A stretch of 61,751 nucleotides of DNA, the filler included. It is 4 parts of 4 records of this genome, joined end to end, with 100 filler letters (N's around TTAATTAATTAA, not from the genome) between each part and the next. Parts side by side here need not be neighbours in the genome. Positions count along the whole stretch, not along the records: positions 32,527 to 38,701 come from DRR378314_1320; positions 38,802 to 61,751 come from DRR378314_1324; 2 more parts are not named here. The stretch is one strand, 5' to 3'. Shown here in pieces: positions 35,501-48,755 of this stretch; the first letter of the stretch is position 1, and every line of letters starts with the position of its first letter. A model generated the notes under the pieces. It had not been told where the DNA came from and ran no database searches. It worked only from the letters and a program-made list of their open reading frames with translations. The translations under genes were made by a program, and so were the position numbers.

Positions 35501-38500
35501 ATGCTCGTCCGCCTGAACCTCGCGGTCGGCACGGCGTGCGGCGGCGACGCTGCGGCGCCGAAAGCCGCCGCCGCAGCGGCACCAGCTGCGGCAGCAGCGG
35601 GTTGGGAGAGCGTACGCGCGAGCTGCTTCCGCATCAACGCGAGCGTGGAGAATCTCGTGCATATGCGGCGCATGGCCAAGATCGTTAGCAGCCCGTGCAG
35701 GAGCGTACGCGTCCGCCCCGCCCAGGCGTTTGGACGCCCGCCGCTGCGCGCGTCGTCGGGCGGGTTCTCGCGGCACATCAAGGCGGCCGACGTCGAGCTG
35801 TGTCTCGCCAACGCCGCCGTGCTCCTCAAGCACGAAGACGGCACGGAAATCACGCTGTCGGGTCCGTCGCAGCCAGCGCCGCGCGGCGATGGCGGCGGTA
35901 CCGACGCAGCGAGCGCAATCGACGAGAGCCACGAGCGCGTTCTCGCACGCGCTGACGCGCTCACCGCGCGCATGTCACTCGTGCACGACGAAGAGGAAGC
36001 GGCAGAGGCGGCAGAGGCGGCAGAGGCGGCGAAGGAGTCCTCCGCTGCGGCTACGCCGGGCGCGCCGCCGGCCGATCACGTACGGCACGTGCGCGAGCCG
36101 CCGCTGTGGGACATGCTGTCGATGTCGCTGGAGCTCACGGGTATTGACGGGTCGTTTGCGCCCGTTGCGCACGCTCCGCAGCATATTGTGCACATCGCAT
36201 GCGTGAGCATGACCAGCAAAACCGACACGCTCCGGGCGCTCGCCGAGGAGCGCGGCGCGACGCAGCCGCAGGACCGGCCGATGCGCTCGGACCTCATCGT
36301 CCACGACATGCGCCTGCTGTGGTCGGTGCTCATCCGCGATACGTTCCACCGGTGGACGAGCCTGCTGCGCGTCGTGTTTCGTCCTGTTCTCGAAAGTGAT
36401 ATGTTCCGCCCGGAGAAGTTGCAGTCGCTCTCGGCGAGCGACACTGCGTCGCGCGCGCTGAGCTCGTCCAGTCTCCTCGTGCAGCCGTCGAGCCCCATGG
36501 CAACGGCGCCGCAGCGCATCGGCGAGCTGTCCGACGACGCGCGGCAGCTGCTCGACCAGCTCCTCGACACCGCCGACGACAGCGCCGTTGCGGAGTCCGC
36601 CTCGGACAGCGAGCCGGAGCGCCGCGGTAGCAGTCCCGCGGAGCGCGCGGCGCTGCCGTCGTCTTCGTCGACATCTTCGTCGTCGCCACCACTGCCGGGA
36701 GCGGCGGCGGGAGCGCGCGGGCGCGACGCGGCGGCGGCGACGAGCCCGGCACCGGGCGCGCACGACCACACGTGGCTGTCGGCGAAGTTCTATCGCCCGC
36801 AGATGAACGTGCAGTCGGCGGCGCGCGCTGGTACCGTTGTGATCACGGCAGTGGAAGGAAACGTGGTGTGCCGCACACTGGGAGCGGAGTCGCGCACGGA
36901 GTCGTCCCTGTTCAGCGCGCAGGTGTTCGCCGCGTCGCTCGCCGCCGGGCGCTCCAGCAGGGAGGCGCTGTGGGTGGAAGACGACGCCGCTGCCATCGAG
37001 CGAGGCGCACACGGTGCGCGCAGCACCGCGTCCGGGTGCCTGCGCCGCATAGTCACGCCGTGCCGCATCGATGCGACGCACTCGGAGTTTGTGCGCGTCG
37101 AAAACGGCGCCGCGTCGGACGCGTTCCACCGACCGAACCGCCTCGAGCTGCATCTGCCGGGGCTCTCCGTCTCCACGAATTCGGCGGAGTGCCACGTGTT
37201 CCTCTCCGTAATCAACGACGTGCTGTTGGCGAAAGCACCGCGCCAAGGCGAGCTCGAGGACTATGTGGACACTGTGATGTACATGGCGCAGCTCGATCCC
37301 GGCACGGTGCAGGACGCGTCTGTGCTGCACTCCCAGTTGCGTGAGCTACGACAGGAAATCGCGTATGTGCGCAAACTTCTCATTGAGCGGAAGCGCTCCG
37401 GGGAGAACGAGCCCGAGCGCATCCAGACGCTCGAGTGGGACCTGCGCCGCAAGCGCGCCAAGTACACGGCCACCGAGGAGAGCCTCCGCGCCGTCCTCAA
37501 GGCGACGCGGCGCTCTGAGCAGCCCCCCGGCGGCAGCGGCGGCAGCGGCGGCGGCGGCGGTGGCGGCGATTCGCGCCGGTACGCGTCCTCCTCCACCACA
37601 GCATCGACCAGTGCGTCGGTCGCTGGCAAAGACGGCGATGACAAGGGCGCCGTCGCGCGCGCTCTCTTGTCGCGGTCATCGTCGTCGTCGGCAGCGCCCT
37701 CTTCGTCGGGGTCGGTGAAATCGCTGCGCCATGTGGCGAGCTCTACCACGGAAACAGTGATCGAGTACGTTGTTGATACGCTCAAGTGGCACTTCACTTC
37801 CAACGGTGTTCCCTTTGCAGAGAGTCACCTCGAACGCGTCAAGGGGAAGACAGAGTTTCGCTTCGACGGGTCGAACAGCTTCACGTTCCAGATCCACACG
37901 TTCCGCGTGCTCAATCGCCTGCCCGATCCGATCTTCGAGGTAATTGCCGCGCCGCGACAGCGCGTTCCCGACTGGAGCTGGATGCTGCGGCTCTCGTCGA
38001 AACAGACTTCTGCAGTAGGGGGGATCAAGGTGTACGAGCAGTTTGAAGTCACGTTTGCACCGATTGTTGTACAGCTTACAACGGACATGTATGCGGCGCT
38101 GTACGATTTCGCGTTCCCTCCGGAGCGCTTCGGCGACGACGCGACGCCTGCGCAGGGACGGCGCCGTCGCCGCCGCGGTTCCACCAGCACGCCCATGCCG
38201 AACGCCCCGCCGCCGGCGTGGAGCACCGCGCCCGGCGATGCGCGCGGCGCCGAGGTCGCAGCATTGCTGGCGAGCGCTGCCGAGGACGCCTCGTTCTCAC
38301 CCGGCGGCGAGGCGGGTCGTGCGGGGCGCGCGCATAAGCGCGGGTCGTCGGGGTCGTCGGCGGCGTCGGACCACGATGGCAGCGACACTGCGCAGGGGTC
38401 GCTTGCGCGATCGGCGGCGCTGCTCGCCCCTCCGTCGGGCGATGGCGGCAGCGCACTGAGCGCGTCGGAGCGGCGGCGGAAGAGCCGCTCCGGCGACTAC

Positions 38501-38701
38501 GCCACCGACCTGCTCCAGGGTCCTGCGCGCGACCGCTTCCTCAGCGTACACCTGCAAGACCCACAGGGCTCACTCCACCGCAGAAACCGATCACACGACC
38601 ATTTCCGCCGCGTGTCCGAGGACAACAGTGACGCGCTGTACGATGCCGTTGCCGCTGCATCGCACGGCAGTGGCGGCGCGGGCGGCGGCGCGGGCGAGAG
38701 C
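32527..38701 (+). CDS. Bridge-like lipid transfer protein BLTP2/KIAA0100/Hobbit/Fmp27/SABRE family, internal fragment, intron 33425-33632
   Basis: ADDPFE..LG..YRL..DE..ER, RDYP..L, LPWWDKMRMLVHG (GFWDK domain), SLDPYE, and an Apt1-like region GGIKVYEQFEV..AP..VQLT. The GTGCG...CAG intron joins the two long ORFs in frame. Confidence 0.88.
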
Positions 38702-38801
38702 NNNNNNNNNNNNNNNNNNNNNNNNNNNNNNNNNNNNNNNNNNNNTTAATTAATTAANNNNNNNNNNNNNNNNNNNNNNNNNNNNNNNNNNNNNNNNNNN
38801 N
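38702..38801. other. Artificial contig linker
   Basis: N44-TTAATTAATTAA-N44. Confidence 0.98.
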
Positions 38802-41163
38802 CGGAACCCGGGGGTTCGTTTCTTAGATGGCCAGCGTACCATTTGGCGCTCCGGCGTGGCCGTAGTGGAGAATCGCCGAGTTCGGGCCGCTGCAGCATAT
38901 CGGTGTATACGCAAAGTGGCGGCATCTGCGAGAGTACCGCACCACATGCCAAGAAGCGCCGAGGAAAGAAAGGTTGTCCGCCAAATGAACGAAGCTGGTG
39001 AGAGCGGACGGAGAAGCGATGGGAAAAGCTCATGTGCCTCTTCCTTTGTCGTGGTGTCCAGAGCGGCAAAACCACAGAGGAATATCTTACACACATCGCC
39101 ATATCGCACATCACGATTTGCGCAACCTGGGGACACAAGCACGCATATCATGTACAAAAGTAATCATAACGAGACGCGGCACACTCTATCACGCGGCGAC
39201 CTGCGTCTTGGAGGGAAATTGGAGTCGATTTCCTCCCCCACCCTGACGGGCCGAAGGTATGCGCTCAACGCAGCCGCGTACCCGCCTTTCGCGTATGCCG
39301 TCGACCAAAACTTGGCTTCCATTTCGTATTCGTACATGCCAGGAGTCACATGCTGCATCACCTGGATATGAAGCATAGTGTGTAAACGCACAAATCACAA
39401 AGAAAGAAAAAGCATTCAGTTCCATCAAAGGGGCGCGGCTTCCCTCGTTCGCCCGCTAGTCCGCTTGCACAGCGCGGAAGGCTCGTGGGCGCGATCTGGG
39501 ACCGTCCTCATACCGCAACGTGCGCTTGTGAGCTGATACTGTTGATATGCCTCATGAGATCGATCTCTTTCTCCGTCTTGATCATTCGCAGTCGAATCAT
39601 GGTATCATACAGCGCATCTGTATTGCGTTTCAGGCTCTGAAGCGCTTGCGGGGCGGGCTGCGAGAGCTCTGCGTGCAGAAGGGGAAGAGAGAAGCTCATG
39701 CGTTAGCAAATCGTACCGCCAGCGGACAACTGGACGAATTCCGAATGCGCTGAAGAGAACTCGCACCGCGCAAAGATCACACTACAGACGAAATTGCGTA
39801 CTGGGTACACACTGTGTCCCAAAACATACCGATCCCACTGTCAGAGTTGGTGCCGTGCAACAGCAGGAGCTCGCGCTCTCCCGGAAACCGCTCCGGAAAG
39901 ACGGACTCCAGTTCGTCTTTGTAGCAGCAGCCATCGACGCCGTACTGCGCCTTGACTTCCTCGAGAGAAGGAATATGCCCCATCCATACTGGGAAAGACA
40001 GAAATACGCAAGTTGCAAAAAAACGTGAAGATTTGCATCATCGTTGGCTCACGCATGGACGCCTGTACGCCGCCACTCTGCTGCTCGAGCACCGGCGCGG
40101 CGTCGCACGGAAGCCAGAGACGACAGTCTACGCGTTAGCGCCAGCGCGCCGCTGCTTCCTTGCGCAGAAAGTCTACAACGAGCAATGCTACGTACCTAAG
40201 TACGCAGGGTCAAGACGAGGAATGCACAGCATCGTGTACCCAGTGGCCACATCGATGTAGCCATCGTAGTCCGCGTCGCGCACGCCGAACGCCCACTGGA
40301 AAAACTGCTCCTGGCGGAAAAGCACCTCACTGCAAGCACAAGAACGCCACACGGATGCGAAGGAGCGCGCATAAGCCCTACAGGAGATTACAGCGATTGC
40401 GGCAACCGCGGCATATCCCTTCACGAATCACAACACCCATTGCCCTTACATCTACAGCGATACCGTTGCTGTAGTGCCTCGCAGGTGCCACTGGCGAGTC
40501 GCGCTTGTCGCCAGCACGCGGGGAACGCAACTTGTCGGAGTTGGAAAGCGTGTCCATAGTTCCGCCGGCAAGGAACGCAACCGCGTTGTTGCCGACATCT
40601 GCGCGTTTCCGCAGTGCTTGCACTAGGCGCTCCCGGTTCTGCAAATCAACGTGCAAAGAGTTTGACACCATGTAAGTTAGTACAATAGAAGAACGGGTTG
40701 CGCAATACGGCGCCGCTAGCTTGCTAGCGAAGCGCTCTCCTGCGCTTGAGCGCGGCAACGAAGTGCGGCGGCAGCAAATCAAGGGGCACAGCTGCGGAGA
40801 GCGGCGCGACAGCGGCGGGCGCGTTACTTCTGCGTGGATCGCAAACCACACAGCGGCTACCACGTATTGGCTCACGATCGCATCCGTCTACAAGGATATT
40901 CAATTTGTATCAACTGATCACTCCTCCGGCTCACAGACACCGCGCGAAAACATGCCGCAAGGCAAGCGCTTGCGAGCGCGCCACTGCAGTGAACAGTGCG
41001 TTCAGGTAGCGCACACGAGGATGTGCTGCCGCTGGAAGCGGGCACGGCAGTCCGTTCGGACGGTATTCATCGCGCTATCGCCGTGGAAGCGTACCTCTTT
41101 ATGCATGGAGAAATCGATAGCGTACAAGTCACCTTTCTGAACACGTTGTCTCTTGGCCTGCAT
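38802..41163 (-). CDS. PEPD: Xaa-Pro dipeptidase (prolidase), multi-exon, 3' end truncated by the contig edge
   Basis: Exons: ..[111 protein letters not shown]. The start codon is approximate. Confidence 0.92.
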
Positions 41164-41478
41164 CACAATCTGAGAACGTTGGCGAGGGGTAAGATGGCAC
41201 AATTCTCAGCAACTCGCTGCGGAGCGTGCAGCGACTGCACGTGCGCCGCGAGCTGAAGCAGCACGTGCATCACCGTAGGTTGTGATGGTAGGTGTGAGGA
41301 ACTGCATGGAGTACATCTGTCAGAGGGAACACTCGTCTCTGGCGGCCACAACCTGCCTTGGAAAATCGGAATATAAACCTATAATGCTAGCCGATGTTTG
41401 CCGCGGGAAGGCGTGCAGCGCGCATTGGCGCGCTCATCGCGAACGCGTAGGCTGGCGTGTGCGTATCGCTAGCCAGCC

Positions 41479-44296
41479 ATGGCTTCAGAGCGCGACGCTT
41501 CTGGCGAGCAGGCAAATCGCGAGGTCGCGCCCACTGACTATGTGGTGGAAATTCAAAATATCTTGAATACTTTCCCAAATCTGTACGTGTGGTTGCGTGC
41601 CCTCGTTTATTCCATGGTGAGCGGGGAGATAGCGGCCAGCGCGGTGGCGTGCGGTGCAGCGCCGAGGTTGTCGTCGTGCGCATCGGTTTGCTTGCGCTCT
41701 CTGTCCTCACATATGCAGCTTCCTGGTCGCGTTGCTTACAAACAGCAGCGTTTTCCCCGCAGCTGACCGAAAGTGATGATGAACAACTTTCATTGTGCAA
41801 GTAGCTATGCCTTGCGCCGGGGAGAATGCGGATTGGTGCGCTCTGCGTCGGCTCGTTGTAAAGCGGCACTAGGGCAGGATTCTCGCTTGCTACTGCGGAT
41901 AGGCTCGTACCTGCAGACGCTCTACCTCTATCTATTCATGAAAACATTCTTTTCCGTATGCGTAATTTGTTCGTACAGTGATGAGCTTGGAGTTGTGCTG
42001 CAAGGGCAGGTGCAAGATCGTACGTTCATCTTTACCCTCGCGTGCGCAGCGTTTTCGTGCAAAAGTCCGCCGCTGCAGGCGACGGCGTATTCGCAGCCCG
42101 AAGTACGTGCGCGTCATGGGAGTTCTACCTTTCTCACATTGCGTCATCTCGTGTGCTGGTGGTTGCTTTGTCTGCGTATACAGTGCCTTCGTCGTCAGTA
42201 TCTCCGTCGGGGTCTTTTGTTGTTGTCAACGAAACCAAGTTGGCCGTTGTTGCCGATTGTCTTGAGGATCTCGTTCGGCAGTGCAACTCGCAGTTCCATG
42301 CGCTTGCCGCGCGAGGCGTGTGGCACGCGCTGCCAGACCGAAGCGGTGCGTTACATCGCTCATCCTCTCCTGACGATGCGTGCGCGCAACTTGTTAGGAT
42401 CTACCACAGCCCGATACTCATTGTATCACCTTTTTGTCTTGTAACATGCTTGCCGTTCCGGGGCGGGGTTTCACTCTCGCCCGTTCTGTCCCGTTTCTTG
42501 GGTTGCGTTCCCAGTGGCGCAGCAGTGCGACGCGCTTTCCCTCCTTGTCCTTATGGTGAATATCGACCATACGTCTGCGTGGAACTGTCGCCGGAGACTT
42601 GTTGAGCACGGATATTCACCGACTGCTCGCGAATTTGCTTTGCTCAACCTTCTCTTTTCAAAGCATCCAAAAACTGCGCAAGGATGGGCGTATCGGTACG
42701 TTTCGCCTCTGGGGAACAGTGCGTGCGTTACGGCGCGGTTGTACTCGCTTGCCTCCTCGTGCCTGGGTAAGGGAAGGATGCAGCCTCTTGCGCGCTGCTG
42801 CTCAACGCCCACCCCCGAACTGCCGCGTATTCTCTGATCCCGGTCAGCTGACTCTTGTTATCACTGACTTGGATTGGGCATGGGATCCAACTATGCTATA
42901 ATAATGGTAACCCTTTTTTTTGTTTTGCAGAAGATGGCTACGAGCGCGCTCGCCACTGCTGGAAGGACAGGCGTACGAGGACGAGCGGGCGCTGTGTCTG
43001 CGCCTTGTTGAGTACTATCCGAAGAATTACTACGTCTGGCTCTATTTAGCGCAGATCTCGTGCTCACAGCCCCTGTCGCGCGTACGTTGGAACCCTTCAC
43101 ACGTGCGATTTGCGCCTTGAATCCAGTCAACGATGTAGGCTCAGGACGAAGTCAGTTTTTTTTTACTGCATTGCCCTGAAACTCGGTCTCAACATCGTGG
43201 TTTGTTCTTCGGAATCGCATTCTGTCGGTTTTTTGCGCTCGCTGGTTTCTCGCAGGTGCTGAGGGAGATTGAGGACATGCAGGAATGGATGGAGGCGCAC
43301 ATGTCAGATCACTGCGTCGTGACCTACGTACAAAGACTGATCTCTACCAGCCAGGTGCGGAGCAGCGATACCACGTTTGAAAGCGTATCGCTTGCAAGAG
43401 TGCTCTCTCGTTCCTGCGCTGCCGTTTCTCTTCGCCTTCTACGTGCTCGTACATCGTGGAGAAACCACAGGAAACGGCGCTGGTGTTCCGCCAGTATTTT
43501 TTCTCCTGTTATAACGTCTTGCCATGTACACACTTCTCGAAATTCTTCAGACTGAATTGTCGGGAGAAAAGTACCTCGGGTTGCTTGGGTTGCAATGGGG
43601 GAGAGTAGGCCATGTGTTGGCCCGATTCCCTCGACACGAGTCGCTATGGTGCCACAGCCGGTTCGTTGCCGGCGAGCTTGTACGCCATGTCTTGAGGAAG
43701 GAGGACGGCGGAGAGAAGCTGAGCTCAACAATGGAGGAGTTGTGTGCAGCGCCTTTCCTGTATGATGGTGATGATCTGCACGAAAGCGGTGCCTGGCTGT
43801 CCCTATGGATTGCGTTCGAGGTGCGCAAAACGCCAACCGGCACCGCACGTCCTGGGCACCGTAGGTTGTGCGGAAGCAGCCGCTGAGCGCGAATGTCTTG
43901 GAGCTGGTAAGCATTCTGTCCGCTCTCCCCTGCTCTTCTATCTTTCCCTCTTCATTCAAGGCAGGATTTATGACTGGGAAGCAGAAGGGCATGATTGCCG
44001 CACGCGCACAGGTTGGTCTCGATTGACTAATGCGGTGTGGCTGTCTCCCTCCGTTCCGTTGCCGCTCCTCTGTGCGAGCAAAGGTCGCAGAGCTGCAACG
44101 CCTGCGCGAAGAGTATGCGCAGCCCACTTCTCAGCAGAAGATCGAGGCAACGGTAGAGCGAGCCTTGCAAACTCTTTCTTGCCAGGCTCCCGGTCGTCTT
44201 ACGGCACTTCGCGCACGGCTTGCGAATTTACTTGCTCGAACTACCGATCGAGAAGGGGTGAGAGTCACTCAAGGGCCGGGCTCTCAGAGGGTCTGA
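41479..44296 (+). CDS. PTAR1: Protein prenyltransferase alpha subunit repeat protein (PTAR1-like), multi-exon
   Basis: LDELGVV, TKLAV, MVNIDHTSAWNCRR, FSKHPKTAQGWAYR, YPKNYYVW, HMSDHC, FPRHESLWCH; GT-AG exons in frame. Confidence 0.8.
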
Positions 44297-44598
44297 TGAT
44301 CGAGCTGACTCGTCAGTGACCGTACCAATGCCATGTAACTAGTCTTCTACTACAAGGGTCTTGTAATATATGATGTAATGAAGTAACGCCCAAGTCATTA
44401 TGGTGTGTGTGTAGTATTCCGACACTTCTCGTTTCGTCGCTGTCTTCCCCTTCCGCCTGCCAGATGCCACCTACACGCTGCGGCGGTACTCCCGCCCGAG
44501 CTCCTTAGGCTGCTGCTGCTCGCGGTGCCCGCTAGGCGCTGCCTCCGCCGCGTCTCCGCCACTGTGGATTTCCGCACCGTCGCCCCAGCCTCGCCGAA

Positions 44599-47500
44599 AT
44601 GGAGACGCACGGCTTCTCTTTCGTAGGCCCTGTATCTGGGGCAGCCGCTTCCGCGGACCCCACGAAGCGAACAATGTACGCTCCTTTAGACATTCATATG
44701 CAGCAGTGTACCGCTCGTTGCTGCCTTCAGCTGGGAGTGGTTCTGCGTTTGCGTGTGCTCGCTTTGTGGGCTCGTCGCTCAGTGCGGGCGCTGTCCGCGC
44801 TGCACTGGAGCATGTCGCGTCGTGTCGCTTCGCGCGCGCACGCGTGTAGCATGCCACGGTCGCTCCGCGCGAGTTCGGCGCGCTGCTAGCGCACGTAGTT
44901 ACGCCTTTTGCAGCAGCGTCCTTTTTTACTTCATACAGAACCCATATAGAACCCATATATTTGGGTTTGCTTCTTTTGAGCCCCGTTGCTGCGGCGATCT
45001 GGCTCTCTATGTGGCGTCGTTCGAGCAACTTGTTGCGACGCGGCGGGGTCGCTGCTGCTTCGGCCGAGCGGCTCGCGCGCGCACGCGGGACGCCAGGCGC
45101 AGCCCCTACGCGTCCCCTGCCCAGCTCTTGCGGGGCGCGTATCGCTGCGGGGGCTCCCGTTTCTTGATTCTTTTGCGTATTCCAAATGTAAGATGGCATC
45201 GTTGCACGCCTTAGAGGACTCCCACACTCTGCCGATTTTGATTCGCTTGCATCGATCTTGTTGTGGGTCTGCGTGGTGCAGGACGCCGATTGTCACCGGC
45301 ACTTCAGTGCTCGGCATCCGGTACAACGGCGGCATTCTGCTTGCGGCGGATACTCTCGGTGCGTTTGGCCGCTGCGCTGTTGCGGGAGTTTACCCTTTCT
45401 TTTATTTCTTGCTGTGTACTTGAATGTATTTGTTGCACAAGTGCGTTTTTTTCCTACATGGAAGTGTGGATTATGTTTGCCTCGTGGATGCACGGCGCGC
45501 GTGCCCTCTGCTGCCGTGCGTACGCCGTGGTATCGCGCAGGGCGCGTCGCCGCTTCTCTCCGCGGAATCTTCCACAGCGCGCTTCCCATGCCTCCGGTTC
45601 CATTATATCGAGTCGTGTGCTGAACGATACACGTCGACTTTCTAGCGCGTCTAATTATATTTTTATGGGAAGGAAAGGGAGGCGAGGTTGCCTGTTTCCC
45701 GAGTGCGGTGTGAACGCACTTGGGTGCGCTGTGTAGTGGCGCTGTGCCGCGATTCCTTATTGGTGCTCTGTGCGGCGCTGGAGAGCCCGCTGGACCGCCC
45801 GTCGTAGTCACGCAAGTTCGCCGTAGTAGCTGTGCCCTTGGCTGGTTTCGCTTCCATGTAGCCTACCACGTGTTTCCTCTTCATGTACGGCTATCGCACT
45901 CTTGCGAAAGGCGCTTTTTTGCGTTTTTCCAACCTCGTACGCGTGCTTAGAGCGCTCCGGAGCCGCTTTTTGGCACGCTCTTGTGTGTGTGCCTTTGGCA
46001 CGTGTCGCTCGTGGCATAAGCACTCCCCAACACTTGATTTTGCAGCGATCTTCAGCATGGGCGGACTCGAATTCTCGAAAGTTTGGTCTCTAGTGAAGTT
46101 TGTGAAAAATTGTTGCACATCATCTACGTGTACGGAGCTCACTTTTTTCGGCGCGCCTTTTGGCGGGTTCATGTTGTCTGTGTACGCTGTTGCAGGGTCG
46201 TACGGTTCGATGGCTCGTTACAAGGACATCCGCCGCATGGAGCAGTTTGGCAAGTACACAGGTCCGTTTCCTCATATCAACGCGAAGCAGATCCATTTCT
46301 TTCCCCTTTATGTCGATATAGTTGCCGCTGTGTATGTTTCAGGGTGTGAAACAAGCCGATCTTGCACGTCGTCCCGTCTGCAAGTTGCTGTGTTGTCGTT
46401 GTGCCGTCTCGTCGTGGTTGCGATACCGTATTCTCTTTACGTACTGTCTGCTATCATGTTTGTGTTTCTTTGGTGTAGTGATCGGCGCCAGTGGCGAATT
46501 CTCCGATTTTCAGGTGCGCATTGTTCCCGAAAAGAGAACTACAAGATGGAAAAATTGTGGATTGACGCGGGCGGCTTTGCGTCTGGCTCCTCCAGCTACG
46601 CGTCCGCCGCGAACGCATTGGTGAGGGGAGGTGGCGTAGATAGAGCCGCCTGGCGCAGAAGTATAGCACACGCGCTTGGTTGGTATTGTTGCTTACTTTG
46701 CGGACGTTTCCGGGTTCTTTCGCTGGTACCTGCAGTATCTGCGCGATCATTTGAAGCAAGTCGTTCTGAACGAGCATGTCATCGGGGATGGAAGTGAGCT
46801 GTACCCCAAAGAAATCCACAGCTATCTTTCGCGCATCATGTACAACCGGCGCTCGCGCTTCAACCCGCTGTGGAACTCTCTTGTGATCGCGGTACGTATC
46901 TGAGAGGTTGTCCCGCTGCGTGTGCATGTGGGAAACACTGTGCAGCATTGGCACTCATGCGTGCACTATCGTCAGCGTGTACGTCCTCACCTGTTGTCGT
47001 TGTGTTCGCGGCAGTCTGAAACGCTCACTGCTCCTCGCCGGCGTGCGTAATCGTTGCGTGATTGTCTCTCTCTAGGGCTTCCGTGACAACACCCCGTTCC
47101 TCGGAGTTTGCGATCTCGTTGGAACGAACTACACAAGTGATACTGTAGCAACTGGTGCGTATCATGTGTATGGAACAAGGAGTGGTGGCGTTTTATTTTC
47201 TTTGGTTGGGTATCGAGATTGTTTGAACGGCTCGGCTGCTGCGCTCTGTTTCGTAGAGGTGTCGCTCTGCGCGTGCGTTGCTATTCCGGGAGCGCGCTTG
47301 CGTTTCTGTATGGAACTCATGTTGTTGCCCAGGAGCCACTGAGCAGCGCGTGCAAACGACTCACGTTTCTTGCAATATGACATACACTCTAAACTTTGCG
47401 GCAGGAATGGGGGCATATATCGGATTGCCCCTGCTCCGCAAGGGCTGGAAGGCAGACATGACTCGCGACGAGGCTCGCCAGTTGCTGGAAAGCACGCTCC

Positions 47501-47853
47501 GCGTGCTGTTGTACCGCGACTGCAGAACGATCAACAGGGTGCGCCTGCTTCCGTTCTCCTTTAATGCTTGCATGAAAAGGAATCAAAAAATTGTGTGTGT
47601 TTGTGATCGCAACGTACGTGATTTGGACTGCGATGATTGAACACAATGCTTTTTCTTTTTTTGTGCGCAGCTTGTCGGATGTTCGTTGCTAATTTCTTTC
47701 GTGCACCTTGCCTCCGTGGTTTCCATCCCCCTCGTAAAGGTACAAATTGCCGATCTCTCAGCCGAGGGCATCAGCATCAGCGAGCCGTTTCAACTGGAAA
47801 CTGATTGGAGCAGTGCCGATCACGCACCGAATTCCCACGACGGAACGTGGTAG
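44599..47853 (+). CDS. PSMB4: 20S proteasome subunit beta type-4 (beta7/Pre4), 8 exons
   Basis: KRTMTPIVTGTSVLG..AADTLGSYGSMARY; IGASGEFSDFQ; YLSRIMYNRRSRFNPLWN; VATGMG..PLLR; RVLLYRDCRTIN; ends DGTW*. Confidence 0.95.
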
Positions 47854-48755
47854 GAGTGGACGATCGAGGCTGCTGTCGCCTGCGCGCTGCTGCAGTGCGA
47901 GCAGCATGACACAAGGCGGGGCCTGGTCGGTGTGCGCCGGCCGTGTTTCACCTCGGGTGTCTGTTGTGTTTGCTGTTCTCGCGCAATGCGGCACTCTGTA
48001 TGAATGCATGGTTGTCTTCCGCGCGTTCAGCGCCTGCTGGAGCCGCTTCATGGTATCCTTGTCAACTGGTACCGCGCTCAGAGGGAGCGTATTTCCCTGT
48101 CCGTCCTCGCGCACATGCGTTGTTCACGCGTACCCCTGCGCGGTGCGCGGCGCTTGTTTCAGGTGCCAATGCCGTTCACGCACTTGCTGGTTGAGAGCGG
48201 TGGTCGAGAACTAGGGCCTCTTCGACAGGGTAATTCGGTAGATTGGCTGGGGAACTAGGGGTACTCCACCGGTTTTCAGATGCGCTGCTGCTGCCCCACT
48301 CCGTCGTGTGGTGTGCCCCCTGTGCCAGAGCCTCTCAAACTAATCTTTTGCTCTGCTCTGTTGCGCGACTCTTCGTGCGAGACAAAACCACGTTTCTGCG
48401 TACGTTCTGGGACGGCTCCCCAGAAGCGCAGCGTATTGAAAAGAGAATGTTTGTAGTGTATGCATAGTGAGGGTTCAGTGAAAGCGGTTTGGCACTGTGC
48501 GCCAGCTCCAGTGCTGTGCATAGATTGTGTACAGTGTTTCCGTGCTTGCCGCGCGGCGCTTTATGCAGGCGCTGGCCCCCCCGGGCCTGGAGGCGCACTG
48601 TCCGCACTGTGAAAATACAGTCGCGTCGACGGTGTCGCGCGCCGCTGCTCCGTGGGGCGCTCGTTTGCTGCAGCTTGCCCCCTCACGCTGATGTCTTATC
48701 ACCCTGATCATCCGCTTTTGTTGCCTCGCGAAAACGTACCAATTTGTGTAGAATA

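Noticed and set aside
32475..38557. Many long overlapping Arg/Ala-rich ORFs on contig 3
   Set aside because: By-products of very high GC in alternative frames of the BLTP2-like gene
40669..40671. ATG as the prolidase start (MVSNSLH...)
   Set aside because: It lies between a TACTAAC branch point and the CAG acceptor at 40639, so it is intronic; an upstream exon ends at 41095
44293..44320. CTGATGA as a hammerhead ribozyme core
   Set aside because: No following stem-GAAA element; it coincides with the PTAR1 stop codon
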